This document shows positions 28,900 to 38,600 of a stretch of 64,000 nt of DNA, one piece after another. A model generated the notes under the pieces. The model was not told where the DNA came from. It saw nothing but the letters and a program-made list of their open reading frames with translations, and did not search any database. Position 1 is the stretch's first letter, and each line of letters begins with the position of its first letter. Made by a program: the position numbers and the translations under genes. This stretch comes from Verrucomicrobiia bacterium (GTDB lineage: Bacteria; Verrucomicrobiota; Verrucomicrobiia; Opitutales; Opitutaceae), in assembly GCA_011525695.1 (NCBI GenBank), contig WYBX01000051.1, positions 4,691 to 68,690 of the forward strand, read 5' to 3'.

Positions 28900-30941
28900 G
28901 TGCCGACGCGCCGGTCACGTTTACGGTCGACGAAGAACGCGTCGGCTGGATCGTCTTCAATGCTCGCGGCGCCCGGGCCAATGTTTTCAATCCCGCGACC
29001 CAGGCGGCTCTGGCCGCGGCGTTGGACGCCGCCGCGGGGTCCGGGGCGCGAGCACTCGTGGTCTGCAGCGCCAAGGAGCGGATCTTCATTGCCGGTGCGG
29101 ACCTGTCCTGGCTGCTGTCGCTCTCCGATCAGCCTGCGGCGACGGCATTTTCCCGGGACGGCCAGCGGCTTTTTCAGCGGCTGGCGGACTTTGCGGCGCC
29201 GGTGGTTTGCGCAATCCATGGCGCGTGTGCGGGCGGCGGATTCGAACTTGCACTGGCCTGCCACTGGCGGATTGCGACGGATGATCTGGCGACGCGGATC
29301 GGGCTTCCGGAGACAGCCTTGGGCACGATCCCCGGTTGGGGCGGATGCGCCCGGTTGCCGCGGTTGATTGGGATCAAACCGGCACTCGAACACATCATCG
29401 CGGGCCGGCTGCTCCCGGCCCGCGAGGCAATGCAGGCAGGGCTCATCCATTGCGTGGTGCCAGCTGCCGAACTCAGGAGCCGGGCCAGGGCTGCGGCGCT
29501 ACGGCTTGCCACGCATGGTGTGCCTCCGCCGCCGCCGCAACCGGCGCCATTGCCCGGCTATTATGCCGAATTGCGTGCAGCAACGCGGACCAGGACGCAT
29601 GGCCGGCTGCCGGCGCCGGTCGCCGCAATTGATGTCGTCGAGCAGACTGCCGGGCTGCCCTTGGAAGTCGCGCTGGGGATCGAGGCACGTTTGTTTGGCG
29701 AGGTCACGGCGGGTGACGTATGCAAGAACCTGATTCATGGTTTCCTCCTGCGGGAGGCGGCGCGGAAGCGGACGCTGGCAGGCTGGTTCGATGGCGATGT
29801 CGGGGGTGGAGCGGCGGGCGCTGGCGACGGGCGGCCGAAGGACTTGCAGCGGATCGGCATTGCGGGGGCGGGCGTGATGGGTTCGGGGATCGCGCAATGG
29901 CTGGCGGCGCGCGGCTTCGAGGTCGTTCTGCGCGACGTCGAGCCGGAGTTCGTCGAGCGTGGGATTGCCAGCGCGCGCGGGCTTTTCGATGAGGCGGTCA
30001 GGCGGGGCCGCCTCATGCGCGAGGATGCCAGCACGGGACTCCGTCGGATCAGCGGCACGACCAGCTGGGACGGCTTTGATCGCTGTGACCTCGTGATCGA
30101 CGCGATCGTGGAGTCCCGGGTGGCCAAGCAGGCGCTGTTTGCCGAACTCTCCGGAATCGTCCGGCCTGATACGCTGTTGGCCTCGAACACGTCGGCACTG
30201 CCGCTGGAGGAAATTGCGGGGCACGTGCCGCATCCCGAGCGGACGCTGGGGCTGCATTTCTTCAATCCGGTGAGCCGGATGCCGCTGGTGGAGCTGGTGC
30301 TGGCGCGCGCAACGTCGCCGGCTGCCGCCGAACGGGCACTGGGGCTGGTCCGGGCGCTGGGCAAGTCGCCGGTGATCTGCCGCTCCTCGCCGGGGTTTCT
30401 GGTCACCCGGGTGCTGTTCTTTTATCTCAACGAGGCAGTGCGGTTGTGGGAACAGGGGCTGCCGACGCTCGCGATTGACTCGGCGCTGCGCGACTTCGGT
30501 TGGCCGATGGGCCCGCTGCGGCTGATTGATGAGGTGGGGATTGATGTCACGGACTCGATTTTTGACGAGCTGGCCCATTACTTTCCGGAACGCTTTGTGC
30601 GAACAACGGCGTGCAGCCGGCTGCTCGCGGCGGGATTGAAGGGCCGGAAGCAGGGGGCCGGCACCGGATTCTGCAGCTACGTTCCCGAGGAGCGACTCAA
30701 CGACTCGCGAACCCGCCAGGTGGCTGGACGCGTGGGCGAACTGTCCCTGCCGGCGGATGAAATCTCGGCCCGATTGATGCAGGTGATGGTTGCCGAGGCG
30801 CAGCGGTGTCTCGACGAAGGGGTCGTGCGATCGGAGGGCGATATCGACTTCGCGCTGAACAGCGGCGCGGGTTTTCCGGCCTTCCGCGGCGGGCTGATGC
30901 GTTGGGCGCAGCGCACCGGCTTAGCCACTCATATGCCATGA
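28896..30941 (+). CDS. Bifunctional enoyl-CoA hydratase / 3-hydroxyacyl-CoA dehydrogenase (FadB/FadJ-like)
   Basis: The N-terminus is a crotonase fold (FIAGADL, GGGFELALACH). It is followed by the NAD-binding motif IAGAGVMGSGIA and a 3-HACDH C-terminal domain. The ATG overlaps the upstream stop (ATGA at 28896-28899). Confidence 0.85.
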   Translation: MSADAPVTFTVDEERVGWIVFNARGARANVFNPATQAALAAALDAAAGSGARALVVCSAKERIFIAGADLSWLLSLSDQPAATAFSRDGQRLFQRLADFAAPVVCAIHGACAGGGFELALACHWRIATDDLATRIGLPETALGTIPGWGGCARLPRLIGIKPALEHIIAGRLLPAREAMQAGLIHCVVPAAELRSRARAAALRLATHGVPPPPPQPAPLPGYYAELRAATRTRTHGRLPAPVAAIDVVEQTAGLPLEVALGIEARLFGEVTAGDVCKNLIHGFLLREAARKRTLAGWFDGDVGGGAAGAGDGRPKDLQRIGIAGAGVMGSGIAQWLAARGFEVVLRDVEPEFVERGIASARGLFDEAVRRGRLMREDASTGLRRISGTTSWDGFDRCDLVIDAIVESRVAKQALFAELSGIVRPDTLLASNTSALPLEEIAGHVPHPERTLGLHFFNPVSRMPLVELVLARATSPAAAERALGLVRALGKSPVICRSSPGFLVTRVLFFYLNEAVRLWEQGLPTLAIDSALRDFGWPMGPLRLIDEVGIDVTDSIFDELAHYFPERFVRTTACSRLLAAGLKGRKQGAGTGFCSYVPEERLNDSRTRQVAGRVGELSLPADEISARLMQVMVAEAQRCLDEGVVRSEGDIDFALNSGAGFPAFRGGLMRWAQRTGLATHMP

Positions 30942-30959
30942 TCATGGTATATGAGTGGC
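30924..30959. repeat. 36-nt near-perfect AT-rich palindrome centred on the FadB-like stop codon
   Basis: The sequence is GCCACTCATATGCCATGA|TCATGGTATATGAGTGGC. Seventeen of 18 positions pair, and the single exception is a G/T pair. The TGA stop at 30939-30941 sits at the symmetry centre. Confidence 0.8.
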
Positions 30960-31162
30960 GACGGCCCGTTGCCGCCCGGCTCCTGGCAGGTCGATGGCCT
31001 GCCAGGTTTGGGGCCGAGGAATCCCGGCGGATGGCGAACCTACTCCTTCCGGCGTAAACGGCCCACCCCCACGCTCACCGAGGCAGGAAACACTTTGCGA
31101 AGCGCGCGAGTCTGAAGGAATTGTCCTCCATCCCAGGTTGCGGCCGCTTTCCCGAGCCTTCC

Positions 31163-34100
31163 ATGTCCCCCGTTGCCACCACCGGTCTCTCGGTCGAACT
31201 GAAGCGCAAACTCCTGCTCACCATCCTGGAGAGCCGGCACGGGGATTTGCGGGAGGAAAACCTCAACCGCCAGGGCAAGGGCCATTTCCATGTCTCGGGT
31301 CGCGGGCACGAGGCGATGGCGGCCATCGGCATGCTGATGCAGCCCGACGATTATGCCTGCCCCTATTATCGGGACCGGGCGTTCGTGCTCGGCCGGGGCG
31401 TGACGACCCGGCAGCTGGCGCTGGATTACATGGCGAAGCGCGAATCTTCGTCGCATGGCCGGCAGATGCCGTCGCATTACAGCTATCCCGAATTTCACAT
31501 CTGGAGCGTTCCGACGCCGACTGCCTCGCAACTGCTCCCGGCGTGCGGGATGGCCTGGGGAATCCAGCTCGACGGCTTGAAGGCGCTCACCGTGGCGACG
31601 GTGGGCGAGGCGGCGACCCGGCAGGGCGATTTTTTCGAAGCGGTGGCCTTTGCCCGGGAGCGCCAGCTTCCGCTCCTGTTCGTGGTCGAGGACAATGGCT
31701 ATGGCATTTCCAGCCCGACGCGGCGGACGAATCCGCTGGCGCTGAACGTGCTCGCGCAGGATGCCTGGACCCTGGTGGACGGCTGGGACGTCGAGCGGGT
31801 CCATGTGGCAGCCGCGGGGCTCCTGGCGCAGATCCGGGCGGGCGGGGGGCCGGCGTTCCTCTGGCTTAAGCTGGAGCGGCTTTCGAGCCATACGAGCTCG
31901 GATGATCAGAAAATCTACCGCTCGGCGGAGGAACTTTCCACGCTCGAGCAGCGCGATCCGCTTGCGGTGCTCACGCGGCAGATGATTGCCGAGGGCGAAA
32001 TCAGCGAGGACGAGTTCGCCCGGCTCGAGCAGGAAATCAAGGAGCGGGTCCGGGCCGATTACGCGGCGGCCGAAAGGGCGGAGAACCCGCTGCCCACCGA
32101 GTTGGAGGCCAACGTGGTCACGACGCTGCCGGATCTCGACGAGGAGATCTTCAAGCCCGGCCGGTACCGGATGGGGGACATGATCAACCTGACCTTGCGG
32201 GCCGGGCTGGATGTCGAGCCCAAGCGGATGATCTTCGGCGAGGATGTGGAGGATCCCAAGGGCGGCGTGTTCACGCTGACGCGGAAGCTTTCGACGGATT
32301 TTCCGGGTCAGGTCCACAATTCGCCGCTGGCGGAATCGACCATCCTCGGTGTCGCCTGCGGGCTGGCGAGCTATGGCCGGCGGCCGGTCTTCGAACTCCA
32401 GTTCATCGACTTCATTTATCCCGGCTGGAACCAGCTGGTGACGAACCTGGCCACGTTGCGCTGGCGCACGTTTGGAAAATGGACCTGTCCGGCGGTGATC
32501 TACGCCCCGTATGGAGCCTACCTGCCGGGGGGATCCCTGTGGCATTCGCAGGCAAATGAGGCCGCGCTGGCGCACTTTCCCGGTTTGAATGTCCTGATTC
32601 CCAGCACGCCGGAGGATGCTGCCGGCCTGTTGTGGACCGCCATGCACGGCGAGGATCCGACGCTGGTGCTGATTCCCAAGCACCTGCTCTGGGTCGAACG
32701 CGATGTACCCCGGGCCATCACCGCGGTTCCAATCGGTCACGCCCGACGGGTGCAGGCCGGGGAGGACGTGACGATGGTCGCGTGGGGCAACACGGTGGAA
32801 AAGGCGGAGGAGGCGGTGGCACAGTTGGGGGACGAGGTGAACGTTGATCTCCTGGACCTGCGTTCCATTGTGCCCTGGGACCGCGAAATGATCGAGGAAT
32901 CGGTGCGAAAGACCGGCCGGCTGATCGTGGTGCAGGAGGACACGGAGAATTGCAGTGTCGGCCAGATGATCATTTCGCATCTCTGCGGCCGGCCGGACGT
33001 GTGGAGCCGGTTCGTGAGCCCGCCGCTGCTGGTTTCGAAAGGCAATGTCATGATCGGCTACAATCCGATCTATGAATACACGGCGCTGCCGGATGCCCGG
33101 CGGATTGTGGCGGCGGTCCGGCGCGTGATGAGCGGCACGCTGGGCCCGCGCGGAGCAGCGGAGTCGTTGCCGGTGGCGGCTCCCTCGCCGGCGGCGGGAC
33201 TGCACCGCTCCGGCAGGCGGGTTCCACCTGAGCCAGTCCCGCCGAAGCCTCGCCCGGAATCCGCGGCGCTGGCCGGAACGCCATCCGAAGTTCCCATTGT
33301 CGTGCCCGTGATGGGGGAGGGGATCCGGGCGGCGCGGGTGGTTTCCCTGCTGAAAAAGCCGGGCGAGCCGGTTGCACTCGACGATGCCTTGTGCGAGGTC
33401 GAGACCGACAAGGCGGTGTACCCGATCCAGTCCTCGCATGCGGGGACGTTCCGCAAGTGGCATTGCGCGGTGGATGACGTGGTGGAAATTGGACGCGAGA
33501 TCGGGATCATGGCGGTCGCGGCCGGCACGGTGCCGCCCGCTCCTGCCGGGGACGCCGCTCAGCGCGAAGATGTGCGGCCGGCGGCGGCGCCGCCGAGCCT
33601 GCAGGAATTGCAGACCACCTCCCGTTTTACGCCGCCACCGTCGTCCCGTTCCGGCCCCCCTGCGGCCCCGGCGCTCTCGCCGGCGATCACCCGCCGGCTG
33701 GCTGGAGTCGTTCCCGCCAATCTGCAGCTCGATGCGCCGTGGAGCGGTATTGGCGCGGCCCGGGCGGCCGCGAAGGGGCGGGGATTGGATTGGTCGCCCT
33801 CATTGATGTTCGCCTGGTGTGTGACCCGGGCGATGGAGCGGCACGCCGCCTTCCGCCGGCTGGTGGCCAAGGATGGCACGATTGTGCAGCAGGAGGCATT
33901 TGATCTCGGAATTGCCGTGGCACTCGAGGAGGACCGGCTTGGCACGGCGGTGATCCGCTCGGCTGCGCAACATGGCTGGGAGGAGTTCGTCCACGCCTAT
34001 GAAACGGCGATCAACGAGGTTCGCGGCGGCCGAGTCGACGACGTGCAGGCTCCGGTCAATATCACAAGCCTCGGGGGATTCGGAGTGGAAGTGGCGACCC

Positions 34101-34303
34101 CGATCGTGGTGCCGCCGGCGATGGCCACGCTCTTCATCGGCAAGGCCCACGAGCGGATGATCAACGATGGCGGGGTCGTGCATCCGGTCGAGGTCATCAC
34201 CCTGTCGCTCACCTTCGATCACAAGGTCGTGAATGGCGCCGGGGCCGCGGCGTTCCTGAATGACGTGAAGCAGCAGATTGCGAATTTCCAGATTGGGAAG
34301 TGA
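31163..34303 (+). CDS. Fused 2-oxoacid dehydrogenase: E1-alpha + E1-beta + lipoyl domain + E2 acyltransferase catalytic domain
   Basis: Four modules lie in one ORF:
- E1-alpha (TPP): GHFHVSGRGHEA..., VGEAATRQGDFFEA...VVEDNGYGIS.
- E1-beta: FGEDVEDPKGGVF, NSPLAESTILG, LWHSQ.
- Lipoyl domain, after Pro/Ala linkers: CEVETDKAVYP.
- E2 catalytic core: LSLTFDHKVVNGAGAAAFL.
The track ORF opens with a TTG at 31121; the ATG at 31163 is preferred. Confidence 0.8.
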   Translation: MSPVATTGLSVELKRKLLLTILESRHGDLREENLNRQGKGHFHVSGRGHEAMAAIGMLMQPDDYACPYYRDRAFVLGRGVTTRQLALDYMAKRESSSHGRQMPSHYSYPEFHIWSVPTPTASQLLPACGMAWGIQLDGLKALTVATVGEAATRQGDFFEAVAFARERQLPLLFVVEDNGYGISSPTRRTNPLALNVLAQDAWTLVDGWDVERVHVAAAGLLAQIRAGGGPAFLWLKLERLSSHTSSDDQKIYRSAEELSTLEQRDPLAVLTRQMIAEGEISEDEFARLEQEIKERVRADYAAAERAENPLPTELEANVVTTLPDLDEEIFKPGRYRMGDMINLTLRAGLDVEPKRMIFGEDVEDPKGGVFTLTRKLSTDFPGQVHNSPLAESTILGVACGLASYGRRPVFELQFIDFIYPGWNQLVTNLATLRWRTFGKWTCPAVIYAPYGAYLPGGSLWHSQANEAALAHFPGLNVLIPSTPEDAAGLLWTAMHGEDPTLVLIPKHLLWVERDVPRAITAVPIGHARRVQAGEDVTMVAWGNTVEKAEEAVAQLGDEVNVDLLDLRSIVPWDREMIEESVRKTGRLIVVQEDTENCSVGQMIISHLCGRPDVWSRFVSPPLLVSKGNVMIGYNPIYEYTALPDARRIVAAVRRVMSGTLGPRGAAESLPVAAPSPAAGLHRSGRRVPPEPVPPKPRPESAALAGTPSEVPIVVPVMGEGIRAARVVSLLKKPGEPVALDDALCEVETDKAVYPIQSSHAGTFRKWHCAVDDVVEIGREIGIMAVAAGTVPPAPAGDAAQREDVRPAAAPPSLQELQTTSRFTPPPSSRSGPPAAPALSPAITRRLAGVVPANLQLDAPWSGIGAARAAAKGRGLDWSPSLMFAWCVTRAMERHAAFRRLVAKDGTIVQQEAFDLGIAVALEEDRLGTAVIRSAAQHGWEEFVHAYETAINEVRGGRVDDVQAPVNITSLGGFGVEVATPIVVPPAMATLFIGKAHERMINDGGVVHPVEVITLSLTFDHKVVNGAGAAAFLNDVKQQIANFQIGK

Positions 34304-34436
34304 GCAGTGGATTCACGGAGGGCCGGGCTGCCTCCTTCCGCTGCAGCCGAAACACCGGTTCGGCCTTGTTCTGGATTCAAATCGATCGAAGGATTCAGCC
34401 ACGCCCGCGCTTGTTTCAGCTGGGCGGCTTTCGACC

Positions 34437-35579
34437 ATGAACAACGCACCCGAATCATCCGCCTCTGTCACGCGCCGCGATTTTCTTCGCACCACCGGGC
34501 TTGCTGCATCGGCAGCCGCCCTATCGCGGCCGCTGATCGCCCGCGACGCGTCGAAGCCCGTGACGCTGGCCTTTGTCGGCTGCGCCCATATTCACACCCC
34601 CGGCTTCATCAAGCTGCTGACGAAGGAGCGCGACGACGTGGTCGTGAAATATGTCTGGGACCATGACGCCGCCCGGGCGCGGCATCGCGCCAGCGAACTT
34701 GGAGCCAGGGTCGTATCGCGGCTGGAGGAAATCTGGCAGGATGCCGCGGTGGCGGGCGTCGTCATCTGTTCGGAAACGAACCGGCACCGGGATCTGGTGT
34801 TTGCCGCCGCCGCGGCGGGGAAGCACATGTTTGTCGAGAAGCCGCTGGGCATCACGGCGCGGGAGAGCGCCGAGATGGCGGGTGCCATCGAAAAGGCCGG
34901 GTTGCGGTTCACGACCGGATATTTCATGCGGACGGATCCGAAGCACCTGTTCCTCAAGGAGCAGATCGAACGCGGCCGGTTTGGGAAACTCACCCGTGTC
35001 CGCGGCTCAAACTGCCATAGTGGTTCGCTGGGTGGATGGTTTGACGAAAAGCCCGACAAACCCTGGGAAAGCTGGCGCTGGATGGCGGATCCGAAAATCG
35101 CGGGGGTGGGCGCATTCGGCGATCTCGGCACGCACAGCCTCGACGTACTGATGTGGCTGCTGGGCGACATCGCGTCCGTCACCGGGGACATTCGCGTCGT
35201 CAATGGTCGTTACGGCGACTGTGACGAAAGTGGCGAGGCGCTGCTGCGCTTTCGCAATGGAGCCATCGGCACGCTCGCTGCCGGCTGGGTGGATGTGGCC
35301 GAGCCCGTTCCGCTGCTCATCAGCGGCACCGAGGCACATGCGGTGATCGCCAACGGCGAACTCTATTTCAAGTGCGCGCAGGTCAGCGGTGCCGATGGCA
35401 AGTCGCCGTGGAAGGAGCTGCCGCCGAAACCGCCGCTCCCGTTGCACCAGTTTGTGAACGCCCTCGCGGGCGAGCCGGGAATGCCGCTGGTCACACCGCG
35501 GGAGGCCGCCGCGCGGGTCAGCGTGATGGAAGCCATCTATTCCTCGGCCAAGACCGGCTCCCGGGTGGCCTTGGGATAG
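34437..35579 (+). CDS. TAT-exported Gfo/Idh/MocA-family oxidoreductase
   Basis: A twin-arginine signal (SVTRRDFLRTTGLAASAAALSRP) is followed by a Rossmann N-terminus (LAFVGCAHIH) and the EKPL motif. Confidence 0.85.
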   Translation: MNNAPESSASVTRRDFLRTTGLAASAAALSRPLIARDASKPVTLAFVGCAHIHTPGFIKLLTKERDDVVVKYVWDHDAARARHRASELGARVVSRLEEIWQDAAVAGVVICSETNRHRDLVFAAAAAGKHMFVEKPLGITARESAEMAGAIEKAGLRFTTGYFMRTDPKHLFLKEQIERGRFGKLTRVRGSNCHSGSLGGWFDEKPDKPWESWRWMADPKIAGVGAFGDLGTHSLDVLMWLLGDIASVTGDIRVVNGRYGDCDESGEALLRFRNGAIGTLAAGWVDVAEPVPLLISGTEAHAVIANGELYFKCAQVSGADGKSPWKELPPKPPLPLHQFVNALAGEPGMPLVTPREAAARVSVMEAIYSSAKTGSRVALG

Positions 35580-35644
35580 GTCGGGCCAGCAAACCTGTCG
35601 GAATTACGGCTGCTCGAGTTGAAGGCACCGAAAGTGAGAGCGAA

Positions 35645-38600
35645 TCATTTTGCCGCCTTGCTGGCGCGCTTGCCACGGGAACCCTGCAGGCTCGAAAGGT
35701 AGGCAACGACGTCGCGCAATTCGCGCGGTTCGAGGATCGCCTCCATCGGGGGCATGATCGAGACCGGCGGCGTCTGGTTCGCAACCGCCGCACGCGGGAT
35801 CGTCCGCCGCGTGCCGTCGAACATCCGCACGGTCACGGCCTGCGCCGTCTCGCCCGCCAGCGTGCCCGTGACCTCCGTCCCATCCTTGAGCGTGACATTC
35901 ACGATGCCGAAGCCGGTTGCGATTTCCTTGGAGGGCATCAGCAGCGACTCCAGCAGGTACGCGGGTTCGCGCTGGCTGCCAATCGCGCTCAGATTGGGGC
36001 CGACGGCGCTCCCAACGGAGGACTCGACCATGTGACAGGCGGTGCAATTGGCATTGAGATGGCTGGCCACGATGTCATGCCCGCGAGCCGGATCACCGCC
36101 GGCAATGAGTTCGTCATGCGCCTTGGCCAGGGACGAGTTTTCATATGCCTGCAATTTCGCGGCGAGATCCTGGTTCGCACGTCGCGCCCGCAGCGCCTCG
36201 AGCACGTCGAGTTTCAAGTCAGGGGCGAGCCGGTCCGAAGCGAGGGCCTCGCCGAGCCCGGCCAGCACGGCGTCGGCCGCCGGTCGTGCGGCCTGCGCGA
36301 GCAGCGCGATGAGGTGCTGCTGCTCCGGAATCGTGCGGGTTTGCAGAACAACCGGTGCCTCGCGGACGAGGCGCTCGGGATCGGCCGACTGCAGCAGTGC
36401 GAGTCCGGTGCGGTGCAGCGGTGCCGGTGCGGCCGGATCGAGGGCAGCATCGAGCGCCTGCGCGAAGGCCGGGCCTTCCTGCTGGGCATCGGCCATCAAC
36501 CGGAGCGCCTGGGCCCGCAGCTCGCCGGGGGCGGAAGAATCGGCGATGATCGCCGCGACCTGTTCCGGTCGCGCCTTCAGCTGATGGGCAATCATGATTT
36601 CGATGGCGAGCGTCTTCAGTGCGGAATCCTGGAGCGCGAGCAGTCGATCCAGCTGCGGCAGGAGCACGCTGGCAATCGCGGCGGTCTGAATCGATCGCGC
36701 ACGACCGTCGACCAGATCGAGCCGCGGCGGATGCTTCCACAGGCGGAGCGTTTCCAGCGCCACTTCGCGCATCGTCCGGGGGGCCGCGTCATCGAGTGCG
36801 AACGCCAGCAGCCACGCTGCCGCCGCCGGCGTGCCGACGCGCAAGCCCGCATTGATCGCCCGGCGCGCGATGACTTCGGAATGGGGCGTCGTCTCCAGCA
36901 GCGCAGCCAGCGCCGGGAGTGTGGCGGGAATCGAAAGATCATCATGGATCGCGCGCGCCGCCTCGGCGACCACGAGCTCATCACGATCGCGCAGGAACAC
37001 GGCAACCTCGGGCGAACCCAGCCGGCGCAATGCCACCACCGCCACCAGCCGCAGCGCGAGCGACGGGTCTGACGCCTTGAGCGCGATTTGCGCCGGCGTT
37101 GCGCATCCCGAAAGCCCGGCGACCACAGCCTGCCGGATCACCGGATCCGAACCATCTTTTGCGGCGAGAACGCAGAGGGGCTCGATCGCCGCAGGTTCCC
37201 GGTACTTGCCGATGGCAATGGCCGCTATTGCGCGCACGCGCGGTTCCGGATCGCTCAAGAGCGGAATGAGGGCCTTGCCCTTGCCGCGTGCGCCCGTCGT
37301 CGCCGCATCGCCAAGAATTCTCGCGGCTTGCCGGCGCATTTCCCCGTCCGGATCGAGCAGCAGCGCCGTCGCCGGTGAGGCGGGTGCCGCCGAACGCCGC
37401 AGCAACTGGCCATAGCCCCACAGTGCGTGAATTCGTGCCAGCTCGAGTGCGGCCCGGTCCGCTGCGACGGCCATCAACTCGTCCGCCCGGTCGCGGGCCA
37501 CAAGTTCGAGTTGCGCACCCTGCCGGACGCGCTGGTCCGCATGGCCAAGCAATGCGACCAGCTCCCGGTCGGGGCGGTCCTTGAACCCCGCCTGGATCAA
37601 GCGGTGAGTTTCGCGGCGCAGCGGGCTTAACCGCGTAGCCGGTGTATCCACCCGCCACAGGGCGCCGAGTTCATCGAGCGGGTACCCGCCGATCCAGTCC
37701 ACCATCATCAGCGAACCGTCGGGATGCCAGCTCATGCCAATGCCCATGATGCCTTCGTTGAGCACGCGGGGATCTACCAACTTGAAACCGGCCCCCGCGC
37801 GCTCGATCCGGAAGGCCCGCATCTTTCCCGAGGGAAATTCGTTCAGCAAGAACATCCCGCGCTGGTGCTCGCTGAGCGCCGTGCCGGGATCAAATTTGAA
37901 ACCGGCCGGGCCATCCGAATAGTTGGCCGGCGTCGGCAGGAAATAGGCCGCCTGTCCGGGAAACGGCGGCTTCCAGAGTCCTTCCCGCATCCAGGGGCTG
38001 TCGGTCCGCATGTACTGGAAATTGCAGCGCCAGCCGGTGTCGCTCGCCTCGGGAATGTACACGAAGCGCTCGCGCTCGCCCGGCTGATCGGCGTCGTTGT
38101 CGACGCAAAAGAGGTCGCCATAATTGTCCCACGCCGGCTCCTGCGGGTTGCGCAACCCATGGGCATAGACCTCGAAGTTCGAGCCATCGGGCTCGACCCG
38201 CATGACGCAGCCCTCATTCGGATAGGCGTAGTTCCTGCCCTCGCGCGAGGTGGCATTCACGCCCTTGTCGCCGATGCTCCAGTAGATCCGGCCGTCCGGA
38301 CCCACGCTCAATCCATGCATGTCGTGTCCGGCATAGGCGATGTGGATACCGAACCCGTGCGCGACCACCTCGCGGATGTCGGCGACGCCATCATCATCGG
38401 TGTCCTTCAGCCGCCACAGGTCGGGCGCGATCGTGGCATAGACCCAGCCGTCGTGGTACATCACGCCGGCGGCGATCCCCGTGACCTCGGTGTTGAAGCC
38501 CTCGGCGAAGACGGTGATCCTGTCCGCGGTCCCGTCACCATCGGTGTCCCGCAGCTGGTAAATCCGCTCCGTCGTGGCCGTGAGATCCTTCCAGTCGATC

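Noticed and set aside
31040-33463. Very long antisense or overlapping ORFs in the track. Examples:
- 31040..33463 minus (807 aa)
- 6091..7698 plus (535 aa)
- 10031..10999 minus
- 20227..21468 plus
- 25611..26873 minus
- 26848..28416 minus
- 29499..30578 minus
- 35372..37072 plus
- 37724..38983 plus
- 39316..40611 plus
- 42629..43951 minus
- 44129..46090 minus
- 47013..48491 plus
- 51284..53014 plus
- 55556..58090 plus
- 58346..59641 minus
- 61755..62798 plus
   Set aside because: Each lies fully opposite to, or out of frame with, a gene that has strong recognisable family motifs. Their translations are Arg/Gly/Pro/Ala-rich low-complexity strings typical of stop-codon-poor shadow frames in GC-rich DNA. 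None shows a motif I recognise.
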